Positions 46,185 through 57,387 of a stretch of 64,000 nt of DNA are shown piece after piece. Location of the stretch: contig JAYYFI010000012.1 in NCBI GenBank assembly GCA_036158955.1, forward strand, positions 1,945 to 65,944, read 5' to 3'. The notes below the pieces were generated by a model that saw only the letters and a program-made list of their open reading frames with translations, had not been told where the DNA came from and did no database searches. The DNA comes from Pseudomonadota bacterium (lineage in GTDB: Bacteria; Pseudomonadota; Gammaproteobacteria; Ga0077536). Positions within the stretch are counted from its first letter, which is position 1, and the number at the start of each line of letters is the position of its first letter. A program made the position numbers and the translations under genes.

Positions 46185-46835
46185 ATGAATGTAGTTTCAA
46201 AACATCTCTTTGTTCAAAATTACTTAACTTGTTACAAAAATATGCTGAAAGAGGTAAAAAAAAGCCCCAGTTCACCAGACCAAATTTGGTCTCTTGAACA
46301 TGATCCGGTAATTACTCTAGGTAAGTCCGCAGATTTTTCGGGTATTTTAAATTCAAAAGGATTGCCGATCGTGGAAACCGATCGGGGCGGGAAAACCACT
46401 TATCATGGTCCTGGTCAGCTGGTACTCTATACAATCATAAATTATCGCCGCTCGAAATTATCGCCTCGTAAACTAGTAACGATTCTTGAACAGTCGATGA
46501 TTGATCTTTTGGCCCTGAAAGGATTAACTGGGTCTCGGAAAGATGGGGCACCCGGTATTTATATTGATGATAAAAAAATTGGATCAATAGGATTACGTTT
46601 CGGTAAAAATTTTAGTTACCATGGAATGGCATTGAACGTAAATATGGATCTCTCTCCTTTCGATGAAATATATACTTGTGGCTACAAAAATCTGGAAGTG
46701 ACTCAACTTGCAAATTTTAACATAAATGTGAGTTTGATAGAATGCGCAACAGAATTACGTTCAATTCTGATAAACCTGATATATAATCGTCGAGAGTCTT
46801 TGATAAATTTAAAACGCGAAAAAAATGGAAAATAA
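46185..46835 (+). CDS. lipB: octanoyltransferase (lipoyl(octanoyl) transferase)
   Basis: 216 aa with [47 protein letters not shown] and catalytic-Cys segment TCGY. Confidence 0.93.
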   Translation: MNVVSKHLFVQNYLTCYKNMLKEVKKSPSSPDQIWSLEHDPVITLGKSADFSGILNSKGLPIVETDRGGKTTYHGPGQLVLYTIINYRRSKLSPRKLVTILEQSMIDLLALKGLTGSRKDGAPGIYIDDKKIGSIGLRFGKNFSYHGMALNVNMDLSPFDEIYTCGYKNLEVTQLANFNINVSLIECATELRSILINLIYNRRESLINLKREKNGK

Positions 46836-47766
46836 CATCGATATTCCAAAAAAAGAGGACCGAGGAGTAAATAAAGTTGCCAAAATTCCCGTAAAGGTTA
46901 TTAAGGCAACCTCGCCCTCTAAACCAAAATGGCTTAAGGTGAAGGCGCCCATTGGCCATAAGGTGGCTGAATTAAAAGATATTCTAAGGCAATCCAAATT
47001 AAATACTGTTTGTGAGCAGGCTGCTTGCCCTAATTTAGGGGAATGTTTTAGTCGCGGAACAGCTACTTTTATGATTTTGGGTAATTTTTGTACCAGAAGA
47101 TGTCCGTTTTGTGACGTTGCTCATGGTAAACCGACTCCTGTTGATAGTGACGAGCCAAAAAGGTTAGCCGAGCTAGCAGCAAAAATGGCTTTGAAATATT
47201 TAGTTATAACTTCTGTCGATCGTGATGACCTCAAAGATGGCGGGGCTGGACATTTTTCAGACTGTATTCGCAACATAAGGAATGTTGTTAATGGTATTAA
47301 GATCGAAATTTTGGTACCTGATTTTCGGGGTCGTATGGATAGGGCCTTAGATGCCTTGTCTTCTGATTTACCTGATGTATTCAATCATAATTTAGAGACG
47401 GTTAAGTCCTTGTATCGCCAAATTAGACCAGGCGCAGACTATAACTGGTCGTTGGAACTTATTAAATCCTTTAAAAATATTGCACCTGATGTACCTACTA
47501 AATCTGGCATCATGCTTGGATTTACAGAGACTAAAGATGAAGTTAAACAAACTTTATACGATCTAGTTTCTGCTGACTGTGATATGGTAACTTTGGGTCA
47601 ATACTTACAGCCTAGCCCTCATCATTTACCAGTCACGAAATTTGTTCATCCTGAAGAATTTAAAGAATATGAAGAGTTTGCTTTGGGTTTGGGCTTCAAA
47701 AGTGTAGCGAGTGGGCCTCTTGTTAGGTCCTCTTATCATGCAGATGAACAATCTAAATCTTTTTAA
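46825..47766 (+). CDS. lipA: lipoyl synthase (radical SAM)
   Basis: 313 aa with [12 protein letters not shown] and [10 protein letters not shown] cysteine clusters. 11-nt overlap with lipB. Confidence 0.97.
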   Translation: MENNIDIPKKEDRGVNKVAKIPVKVIKATSPSKPKWLKVKAPIGHKVAELKDILRQSKLNTVCEQAACPNLGECFSRGTATFMILGNFCTRRCPFCDVAHGKPTPVDSDEPKRLAELAAKMALKYLVITSVDRDDLKDGGAGHFSDCIRNIRNVVNGIKIEILVPDFRGRMDRALDALSSDLPDVFNHNLETVKSLYRQIRPGADYNWSLELIKSFKNIAPDVPTKSGIMLGFTETKDEVKQTLYDLVSADCDMVTLGQYLQPSPHHLPVTKFVHPEEFKEYEEFALGLGFKSVASGPLVRSSYHADEQSKSF

Positions 47767-49101
47767 TTACTTTATAACTTTATCAATCTTCGAAACGACT
47801 TTACCTCTGTGAAGGATCGTCGTAATTTTTGAGTTTTCTGATAAATTTGATGCACTACTGATTATGTTGTCATTCTCATCATGAGTTATAGAATAACCGC
47901 GCTTTAAGATATTTTTAGGATTATTGCTGTTTAAAACAGCAGTTGCAGTTTCAGTCTTATGCCTGAGTACTTGAGTTTTTTGTTTAAATAAGCTTTTTAA
48001 CATAGCTCTCAATTCATAGATAGATTCAATATGCGCCGCCAAGATTTTATTAGGCTTAATCTGAATAAGACCCGTGTTTAAATAAGAAAGTTTTAATTTT
48101 GTGTTTTGAATTTTTTTATTTACGGTCTCATATAGTTTCCGGCCTAGTTCGTCATTTAATTGTAAATTAACAAGTAGTTTATTTTCGGGACTTATAAGTG
48201 AATTTTTATTATCTTTGAGCCTGTTATATTTTTCTTTAAGCAATAATTCGATGGCTTTTCTAAGTCTCATGTTGATACTGTGAAAAATTAAAGCAGCTTG
48301 CGCTCTATCTGGTGATGCGAGCTCTGCTCCAGCTGACGGAGTGGCGGCCCTTGTATCTGCCACCATATCGGAAATTGTAAAGTCAGTTTCATGCCCAACA
48401 GCACTCAAAATAGGTATGCAAGAATCCGCTATCGCTCTTGCCGTGCTTTCTTCATTAAAGGCCCAGAGATCTTCAAGTGAGCCACCTCCGCGTGTTAAAA
48501 CGAGCGTATCGCATTCATTTCTTCGGTTCGCTGTTTGAATGGCATCAACAATTGTTGCTGAAGCGTTTTCCCCTTGGACTTGACATGGATAAATAATGAC
48601 TGGTATGGACGGGCATCTTCTATTAATGACCGACAATACGTCTCTTATAGCGGCTCCTGTGGGAGAGGTAATTATCCCAATAGCTTTAGGCCATTTGGGG
48701 ATCGTTTTTTTCGATGAGCTCTCAAAAAGACCTTCTTTACGAAGTTTTTGTTTTAACTCTTCAAATCTTCTCCTTAACAGACCTTCACCTGCTGTTTCTA
48801 GATAATCAACAATGATTTGATAGTCACCTCTAACAGTATAAATACTCGGTGTTCCATGGATTATAATTTCTAATCCATTTTCTAAGGACATTTTCGTATG
48901 AAGAGTTCGATTTTTAAAAAGAGCACATCTAACTTGCGCATTTTTCTCTTTTAGAGAGAAATAAATATGGCCTGATGCTGGTTGGGCAAGATTTGAGATT
49001 TCCCCTTTTACAAAAATATCTTTTAGTTGGCTACTTACAAGTCTGTGGACACTTTCGTTTAACTCACCTACGGAAAAAATTTTTTGAAATTCGGACGGCA
49101 T
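47767..49101 (-). CDS. xseA: exodeoxyribonuclease VII large subunit
   Basis: 444 aa with an N-terminal OB fold (VKGEISNLAQPASGHIYFSLKE), GIITSPTGAAIRD and RGGGSLEDLWAFNEE. Divergent from guaB as in E. coli. Confidence 0.93.
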   Translation of the reverse strand: MPSEFQKIFSVGELNESVHRLVSSQLKDIFVKGEISNLAQPASGHIYFSLKEKNAQVRCALFKNRTLHTKMSLENGLEIIIHGTPSIYTVRGDYQIIVDYLETAGEGLLRRRFEELKQKLRKEGLFESSSKKTIPKWPKAIGIITSPTGAAIRDVLSVINRRCPSIPVIIYPCQVQGENASATIVDAIQTANRRNECDTLVLTRGGGSLEDLWAFNEESTARAIADSCIPILSAVGHETDFTISDMVADTRAATPSAGAELASPDRAQAALIFHSINMRLRKAIELLLKEKYNRLKDNKNSLISPENKLLVNLQLNDELGRKLYETVNKKIQNTKLKLSYLNTGLIQIKPNKILAAHIESIYELRAMLKSLFKQKTQVLRHKTETATAVLNSNNPKNILKRGYSITHDENDNIISSASNLSENSKITTILHRGKVVSKIDKVIK

Positions 49102-49131
49102 TTTTTAACACCTAATAATTAATTCGACTGA

Positions 49132-50658
<1,527 letters not shown>

Positions 50659-50670
50659 ACCTCTAATCTT

Positions 50671-52224
50671 ATGACAAAAATTATAATAATCGACTTCGGA
50701 TCTCAATATACACAGTTAATTGCCCGTAGAATCAGAGAGATAAATATTTTTTGCGAAATAATTTCTTGCAACAGCGATCTAAGTTTTCTAAATGAAACGA
50801 GTCCGAACGGAGTAATTTTATCGGGAGGTCCTGAATCAGTTGACGAACACCACGTAAATAAGTATTCAGCTTTGTTTGAGCTAGGTTGTCCAGTGTTGGG
50901 CATATGTTTTGGGATGCAGCTCATGGCCCTTACGGCGGGTGGAGAAGTTTCGCGGACTGTGATAATGGAGTATGGCCATGCTATCTTAAGAGCTCGTGGC
51001 CACTCGAAATTGCTAGCGGATATAGAGGATAGTGTTAACGAAGATGGACACGGATTGCTTGATGTATGGATGAGCCATGGTGACAGTGTGACGAAATTAC
51101 CGAATCAATTTAAATGTATTGCATCAACGACCACCACTCCTATTGCTGGCATAGCCAATGAAGACAGAATGCTATATGGTTTGCAGTTTCATCCTGAGGT
51201 GAAAGATACGACTAAAGGACTGGAAATATTAAAAAGATTTTGCGTAGATTTGTGTGGATGTAAGCAAGACTGGACATCATCAAACTTTATCGAACGAAGT
51301 ATAGAATCGATAAAAAATTTAGTGAGAAACGATAGTGTTGTTCTGGGGTTGAGTGGAGGTATTGATTCCTCGGTTGTAGCCGCATTAATTCACTTGGCAA
51401 TTGGTGATAGGCTTACTTGTTTATTTGTTGACAATGGACTATTAAGAAAAAATGAGGCCTCTGCAGTTCTACAAATTTTTAAAGATAGAGGTCTAAAGAT
51501 AAGGGTGATAAATGCCAGGGCAATTTTTTTGAATAACCTAAAGGGTGTTTCAGAGCCCGAAATAAAAAGGAAAATTATTGGCAGGACGTTTATCGAAGTA
51601 TTTGAACGTGAGGCGCAAACATTAGAAAATATAAAATGGTTAGCACAGGGAACGATATATCCAGATGTGATTGAATCAGCGGGGGTAGCAGGAGGCATGG
51701 GGGAGGTGATTAAATCGCATCACAATGTAGGAGGTCTGCCCGAAACTATGAAGCTAAAACTTCTAGAGCCGATTCGTAATCTTTTCAAAGATGAAGTTAA
51801 GAACATAGGTTTAGAACTCGGCCTTCCAACAAGTCACATGTCTCGCCATCCTTTTCCTGGACCGGGGTTGGCTGTACGGATTTTAGGAGACGTGACATAT
51901 GAAAAATGTGAGATACTTAGAGAAGCTGACTTTATTTTTATAGAGGAACTGGAAAAAGCAGATCTTTATAATACTGTTAGCCAAGCGTTTGTGGTGTTTC
52001 TACCCGTAAAATCAGTTGGAGTTAAAGGAGATGGAAGAGCCTATGAGTACGTAGTAGCTTTGCGTGCCGTAACGACCATCGATTTTATGACTGCTAAATC
52101 TGCTGAACTAGATTATTCATTTCTTCATAATGTAGCCACTCGCATCGCAAACTCTATACCAAAAATTGCTCGTGTTGTTTACGATATAACAAGTAAACCA
52201 CCTGCCACTATTGAGTGGGAGTAG
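50671..52224 (+). CDS. guaA: GMP synthase (glutamine-hydrolysing)
   Basis: 517 aa with the GATase Cys (GICFGMQ), PP-loop SGGIDSSV and a C-terminal ATIEWE. Confidence 0.98.
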   Translation: MTKIIIIDFGSQYTQLIARRIREINIFCEIISCNSDLSFLNETSPNGVILSGGPESVDEHHVNKYSALFELGCPVLGICFGMQLMALTAGGEVSRTVIMEYGHAILRARGHSKLLADIEDSVNEDGHGLLDVWMSHGDSVTKLPNQFKCIASTTTTPIAGIANEDRMLYGLQFHPEVKDTTKGLEILKRFCVDLCGCKQDWTSSNFIERSIESIKNLVRNDSVVLGLSGGIDSSVVAALIHLAIGDRLTCLFVDNGLLRKNEASAVLQIFKDRGLKIRVINARAIFLNNLKGVSEPEIKRKIIGRTFIEVFEREAQTLENIKWLAQGTIYPDVIESAGVAGGMGEVIKSHHNVGGLPETMKLKLLEPIRNLFKDEVKNIGLELGLPTSHMSRHPFPGPGLAVRILGDVTYEKCEILREADFIFIEELEKADLYNTVSQAFVVFLPVKSVGVKGDGRAYEYVVALRAVTTIDFMTAKSAELDYSFLHNVATRIANSIPKIARVVYDITSKPPATIEWE

Positions 52225-52336
52225 TTTTTTTTTAAAAACAACATAAACAGTGGGGTTTGGATCATGTGGACAATTGAGTTGTAATGATGTTTTGAAGAAT
52301 AAACACTGGTAATACAAAAGAGATTATACATTGTAA

Positions 52337-52645
52337 TTAAGACTTATCTAATTTTTCGATTATTTCAATTACTTCATGTGCCAAATTACCAATAATTGGA
52401 ATAAATTCAAACTGGCTTAGAATTTGGATTAATAGGGCAACTAAAGCCGTTGCACCAATGGCTGAACCTAAACCAATTGCTAAACCTCGCAATAAATTGA
52501 AAAAAATAAATTTCCAAATTGATTCATGGATCTTCATGAAATTATGATTTACAAGTGCTTCTATGGCATTTATGAGTCTTTTGTTGTCATCAGCCACGAT
52601 TTTTTCCTTTCTTTTTAAAATTCTTTTCATATTATTATAAACCAA
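52337..52645 (-). CDS. small membrane protein, DUF5665-like pattern
   Basis: 102 aa. TTG start with GAGGAG 5 nt upstream. The central segment NLLRGLAIGLGSAIGATALVALLIQIL followed by IPIIGNLAHEVIEII resembles DUF5665 as I recall that family; this is not verified. Confidence 0.55.
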   Translation of the reverse strand: MVYNNMKRILKRKEKIVADDNKRLINAIEALVNHNFMKIHESIWKFIFFNLLRGLAIGLGSAIGATALVALLIQILSQFEFIPIIGNLAHEVIEIIEKLDKS

Positions 52646-52962
52646 AGTTTCTCCTCAAAAATTTTTGTATTTAATACAATTTGTAAAATGATTAAAAAAT
52701 TTGCATTACCATAAGTATAAATTGGCATTTTGATGGTAATATTAGATTGAATAGAATCACTATTGGGATTCGGACCATGCAGATTCACTCGAAGTATTTA
52801 TTTGCGAAACCTATCTTTTCAATTAACTCGATAAAAGTGCTAACATTTTTATATTTATTTAGCTTATAAAAACTGCTTGAAAAACGATTTTGGCTGTGAA
52901 TGTTATTAAGTTATGATTGTATCTATTAATAAATTATAATTTTTAATGTTTTAGGGGGCACA

Positions 52963-54678
52963 ATGAAAATCAAAGGGTCGGATCTGTTTGTAAAAGCTCT
53001 AGAGGATGAAGGGGTCGAATATATATTTGGCATACCGGGTGAGGAAAATTTAGATTTTTTAGATAGCCTTTCTCGTTCAAAATCAATAAAGCTTATTTTG
53101 ACTAGACATGAGCAGGGAGCCGGTTTTATGGCCGCCGTTTATGGCAGATTAACTGGTAAAGCAGGGGTTTGCATTTCAACCTTGGGCCCAGGTGCAACGA
53201 ACTTCACTACTTCGGCAGCCTATGCCCAGCTGGGTGGCATGCCTATGTTGATGATTACTGGTCAGAAACCAGTTAAAAGTTCTAAACAAGGGCGCTTTCA
53301 AATATTAGATGTTGTTGAAATGATGAAACCAATTACAAAATATGCCATCCAGTTGGTTGCTGCCGATAATATACCAAGTAGAGTTAGAGAGGCTTTGAGA
53401 ATTGCTGAGCAAGAGAAGCCCGGAGCTACCCATTTAGAACTTCCTGAAGATATAGCTGACGAATCTTCAGATGAGCAACCGATTAAACCTTCTTCAGTTA
53501 GAAGGCCTGTTGCAGAACTCAAGTCAATCCAAACGGCGGTAAATAAGTTAGCAGAAGCAAAAAGTCCAATAATTGTTATAGGCGCAGGTGCAAATCGGAA
53601 ATTAACAAGTAATATGTTGACTGATTTTGTGAATGAAACAGGTATTCCATTCGTGAGTACTCAACTGGGGAAAGGAGTAATTGATGAGAGACATCCACTT
53701 TTTATGGGATGCGCTGCTTTATCATCAGGTGATTATGTGCATAGAGCCATCGAGACTGCGGATTTGATTATAAATATTGGTCATGATGTTATTGAAAAGC
53801 CTCCCTTTTTTATGACTCACGGGACTGCGCGGGATCAAGAAACAAGTCACTCATCTGAAGCGGAGCCTGTTTTAGTATCAAAAAGCACACAAGTTATTCA
53901 TGTTTCTTTCAGTCCGGCGGAGGTTGATCCGGTTTATTTCCCTCAACTTGAAGTAATAGGGGATATTGCTAACGCGATATGGCAAATAAAAACCGAGCTC
54001 TCTAAGAAAGGAAACCTTAATTGGGACTTCGGTAGAATGATGGAAGTAAAGAAACATCATGACAAGAATATAAGTGAGGGAAAAGATGATCCTAGATTTC
54101 CAATTTATCCCCAACGTCTGGTCTCAGATATACGAAAGGTCATGCCTGAAGATGGAATGATATGCTTAGATAATGGGGTTTATAAGATTTGGTTCGCTCG
54201 TAATTACCCAGCTTATCAGTCGAATACGTGTTTGCTTGATAATGCATTAGCTACTATGGGTGCAGGGTTGCCCTCAGCAATGGCCTCTTATCTCGTTTAT
54301 CCGGATAGAAAAATAATGGCGATTTGTGGAGATGGTGGATTCATGATGAATTCGCAGGAGTTAGAGACAGCAGTTCGATTGCAGATGAATATTACTTGTC
54401 TGATACTTAATGATTCTAGCTACGGTATGATTCGTTGGAAACAAGCCAACATGGGGTTTGAAGATTGGGGTCTCGAATACGGTAATCCAGATTTTGTAAA
54501 ATATGCAGAGAGCTATGGGGCGCATGGTCATCGAGTTAATAGTTCCGAATCTTTAATCAGCACTTTAGAAACTTGTTTGAATAATCCTGGTGTTCATCTT
54601 ATAGATTGCCCAGTAGATTACTCAGAGAATGATGAAATACTTAATAAAAAAATTAAGGAACAAAGCGCTAAAATTTAG
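52963..54678 (+). CDS. thiamine-diphosphate enzyme of the acetolactate synthase family (AlsS/BudB-like)
   Basis: 571 aa with GIPGEENLDFLDSL, RHEQGAGFMAAVYGRLTGKAGVCISTLGPGATN and TPP motif GDGGFMMNSQELET...LNDSSYG. SD GGGGG upstream. Confidence 0.85.
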   Translation: MKIKGSDLFVKALEDEGVEYIFGIPGEENLDFLDSLSRSKSIKLILTRHEQGAGFMAAVYGRLTGKAGVCISTLGPGATNFTTSAAYAQLGGMPMLMITGQKPVKSSKQGRFQILDVVEMMKPITKYAIQLVAADNIPSRVREALRIAEQEKPGATHLELPEDIADESSDEQPIKPSSVRRPVAELKSIQTAVNKLAEAKSPIIVIGAGANRKLTSNMLTDFVNETGIPFVSTQLGKGVIDERHPLFMGCAALSSGDYVHRAIETADLIINIGHDVIEKPPFFMTHGTARDQETSHSSEAEPVLVSKSTQVIHVSFSPAEVDPVYFPQLEVIGDIANAIWQIKTELSKKGNLNWDFGRMMEVKKHHDKNISEGKDDPRFPIYPQRLVSDIRKVMPEDGMICLDNGVYKIWFARNYPAYQSNTCLLDNALATMGAGLPSAMASYLVYPDRKIMAICGDGGFMMNSQELETAVRLQMNITCLILNDSSYGMIRWKQANMGFEDWGLEYGNPDFVKYAESYGAHGHRVNSSESLISTLETCLNNPGVHLIDCPVDYSENDEILNKKIKEQSAKI

Positions 54679-54745
54679 AAAAGGTATGGATAATTAAAGA
54701 TTTTAAATTTTTAGATTTAATAGGAATTTTACGGTGGATAAATAG

Positions 54746-56188
54746 ATGACAAGTTTACGAAAAGAATACCCTTATATTTTAGCTAACGAAGCCGTTTATG
54801 CTAATTCAGATTTAGTTGTTAAAGATAAGTACACAGGAGAAACTGCAACCAGAGTAGCACTGGCTGATTCGAATGTGATTGAGATGGGTATCCAGGCTGC
54901 AGTAGACTCAATGGAGCCCTTGGCTGAAATGGCCACATTTGAAAGACAAGCGGTTTTAGAACATTGTGTTAATAGGTTTAAAGAGCTTTTTGATGAGCTT
55001 GCGTTTGCGTTATGTGTCGAGGCAGGCAAACCAATAAAAGATGCTGAAGGAGAGGTTGAAAGGTTAATTGATACATTTAAAGTTGCGGCAGAAGAAACCA
55101 CTAGATTTAATGGGGAGCTCCAAGCTTTAGATATAAGCCCTAGAGCCATAGGTTATAGAGGTATGTGGAAAAGAGTACCGATAGGTCCATGTTCTTTTAT
55201 ATCACCGTTTAATTTTCCATTAAACTTGGCTGCACATAAAATTGCTCCAGCAATCGCTGTTGGCTGTCCATTTGTGATGAAGCCGGCATCTCGTACACCC
55301 TTAGGGGCAATCATTATGGGAGAGGTTTTGGGCGAGACTAATTTACCTAAAGGCGCTTTTTCTATTCTTCCTTGTTCACGAGATGGTGCGGATTTGTTCA
55401 CAGTTGATGAGCGATTGAAATTGCTTTCATTTACAGGCTCTCCTGCCGTCGGATGGGATCTTAAAGCTCGTTGTGGAAAAAAGAAAGTTGTGTTAGAGCT
55501 TGGGGGTAATGCTGCCGCAATAATTGACGAGGATGCCGATATAGACTATACCGTGGATCGCTTAATTTTTGGTGCTTTTTATCAATCAGGACAGTCTTGT
55601 ATTGGGGTGCAACGTATAGTGGCACATGATCGCATATATGATTCTTTGAAATCAAAGCTAGTGGAAAAAGCGAGCTCACTTATCGCTGGAGACCCTAAAA
55701 ACGAAAAGACTTTTGTAGGGCCTATGATTGCGGAGAGCGAGGCTTGTCGTTTGTCTAGCTGGATTGATGAGGCTTTAGATGCCGGAGGAAAGCTGCTGTG
55801 CGGAGGTAAACGGGATGGGGCGCTCTTGGAGGCTACGATTCTTGAGGATGTTCCTAAAAGTGCTAGTGTGTGCACAGAAGAAGCCTTTGGTCCTGTTGCA
55901 GTTTTACAAAAGTTCTCCACCTGGGAGCAAGCTATAGAAATGGTAAACGATTCAAAATTTGGATTGCAGGCAGGTGTTTTCACTCGAGATGTCTACAAGA
56001 TACAGCAGGCTTGGGATAAGCTTGATGTAGGTGGAGTAGTTGTAGGAGATGTCCCTTCATACAGGGTAGATAATATGCCATATGGGGGCGTCAAAGATTC
56101 CGGTTTGGGTAGGGAAGGTATTCGATTCGCAATGGAAGATATGTCCGAAATTAGAAATCTTGTCATAAGGACTTTACCGCTTGCTTAA
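54746..56188 (+). CDS. NAD(P)-dependent aldehyde dehydrogenase
   Basis: 480 aa with FNFPLNL, catalytic Glu LELGGNAA, catalytic Cys GQSCIGVQR and C-terminal PYGGVKDSGLGREG. Confidence 0.9.
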   Translation: MTSLRKEYPYILANEAVYANSDLVVKDKYTGETATRVALADSNVIEMGIQAAVDSMEPLAEMATFERQAVLEHCVNRFKELFDELAFALCVEAGKPIKDAEGEVERLIDTFKVAAEETTRFNGELQALDISPRAIGYRGMWKRVPIGPCSFISPFNFPLNLAAHKIAPAIAVGCPFVMKPASRTPLGAIIMGEVLGETNLPKGAFSILPCSRDGADLFTVDERLKLLSFTGSPAVGWDLKARCGKKKVVLELGGNAAAIIDEDADIDYTVDRLIFGAFYQSGQSCIGVQRIVAHDRIYDSLKSKLVEKASSLIAGDPKNEKTFVGPMIAESEACRLSSWIDEALDAGGKLLCGGKRDGALLEATILEDVPKSASVCTEEAFGPVAVLQKFSTWEQAIEMVNDSKFGLQAGVFTRDVYKIQQAWDKLDVGGVVVGDVPSYRVDNMPYGGVKDSGLGREGIRFAMEDMSEIRNLVIRTLPLA

Positions 56189-56199
56189 AATGGAGGCAA

Positions 56200-56880
56200 T
56201 TGACTCTGGCCAGTTTAATTAAAAAATGCAAAGTGCTTGCTAGAGAATGTTTCAAGAAAAGATCATTAATTAGGACTCTTCATAACGTATATTTGTTAGA
56301 TAAATCGCTTGAAGGCCAAGGAATTGATTTTGGCGCAAAAAATAGATTTAGTTCCTACTACCATTTTTTGGATCTTAACAATTGCAACATAACCTATACG
56401 GATATAGCTGCTGATGCGTCCAATAAAATAATGGCAATTGATTTAGAAAAAAACTTTGATGTAGGGAAGCAGTGTTTCGATTTCGCTCTTTTGATGAACG
56501 TTTTAGAGCATATATATAATCATAAACTTCTACTAACAAATATTCATAGATCTTTAAAAATTGGGGGTTGTCTCGAGGGTTTTGTTCCTTTTCTGTATCA
56601 GTACCACGCTGATCCTGATGATTATTTTCGTTTTACCCATACTGGTCTATTGAAGTTGTTGCAAGATGCCGGTTTTACCGATATTAAAATTACAAAAATA
56701 GGAGTGGGCATGTTTATTTCAATAGCTTCAATGTCTTCTAGGTTATTAATTTTCAGGATTTTAATTCTTTTCTGGTGGTTGTTTGCGATAATGCTAAATA
56801 GCATTCTTTCTAACGTTTGGAAAAAAAATAAGCAATATTATTCTGGGTTAGCGTTTACAGCAACGAAAATAGATGATTAA
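56200..56880 (+). CDS. class I SAM-dependent methyltransferase-like protein with a C-terminal membrane anchor
   Basis: 226 aa. TTG start 3 nt after GGAGG. Methyltransf_11-like core (GIDFGAKN..., FDFALLMNVLEHI, LKIGGCL) followed by two hydrophobic helices (VGMFISIASMSSRLLIF, ILILFWWLFAIMLNSIL). Confidence 0.6.
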   Translation: MTLASLIKKCKVLARECFKKRSLIRTLHNVYLLDKSLEGQGIDFGAKNRFSSYYHFLDLNNCNITYTDIAADASNKIMAIDLEKNFDVGKQCFDFALLMNVLEHIYNHKLLLTNIHRSLKIGGCLEGFVPFLYQYHADPDDYFRFTHTGLLKLLQDAGFTDIKITKIGVGMFISIASMSSRLLIFRILILFWWLFAIMLNSILSNVWKKNKQYYSGLAFTATKIDD

Positions 56881-56916
56881 TTATATTACTAAACTTGTTT
56901 GTTGGTTTAATTCCAT

Positions 56917-57285
56917 ATGGAAGAAGTAAAATCTGACTATTTGGGCTCCTGTCACTGTGAGAAAGTTCGCTTTAAAATAAATACAAGTTCTATTCTCGAG
57001 GGACTGTATAAATGTAATTGTTCACTTTGTACTAAAAAGTCAATTATCATGAAACCAGTCATTGAAAACTCTTTTTTTTTGATTAAAGGCAAAGAAAGCC
57101 TAAGTTTATATCAATGGAATAAAAATATTGCTGAACATTATTTTTGCCAAAATTGCGGTATTTACACTCATCATCGTCGTAGGAGGGATCCCTCTCAAAT
57201 CAGTGTGAATTTTGCTTGTTTAGATATTGCTGAGACAGTATCGACATTATCAGTGGGAATTGCAGATGGAAAAAGTCATGATTAA
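56917..57285 (+). CDS. GFA (glutathione-dependent formaldehyde-activating / CENP-V) family protein
   Basis: 122 aa with GSCHCEKVRF, CNCSLCTKK and CQNCG zinc-binding cysteine patterns. Confidence 0.75.
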   Translation: MEEVKSDYLGSCHCEKVRFKINTSSILEGLYKCNCSLCTKKSIIMKPVIENSFFLIKGKESLSLYQWNKNIAEHYFCQNCGIYTHHRRRRDPSQISVNFACLDIAETVSTLSVGIADGKSHD

Positions 57286-57387
57286 CTTTTTCTGTTTAAA
57301 GCTTATCGTCTGTGTCGCTTTTTTCGTGAGCCTTATATCTGTATGATATTAAAAAGTTTGAGCTGAGAGTTAAAACTGGAACATCCT

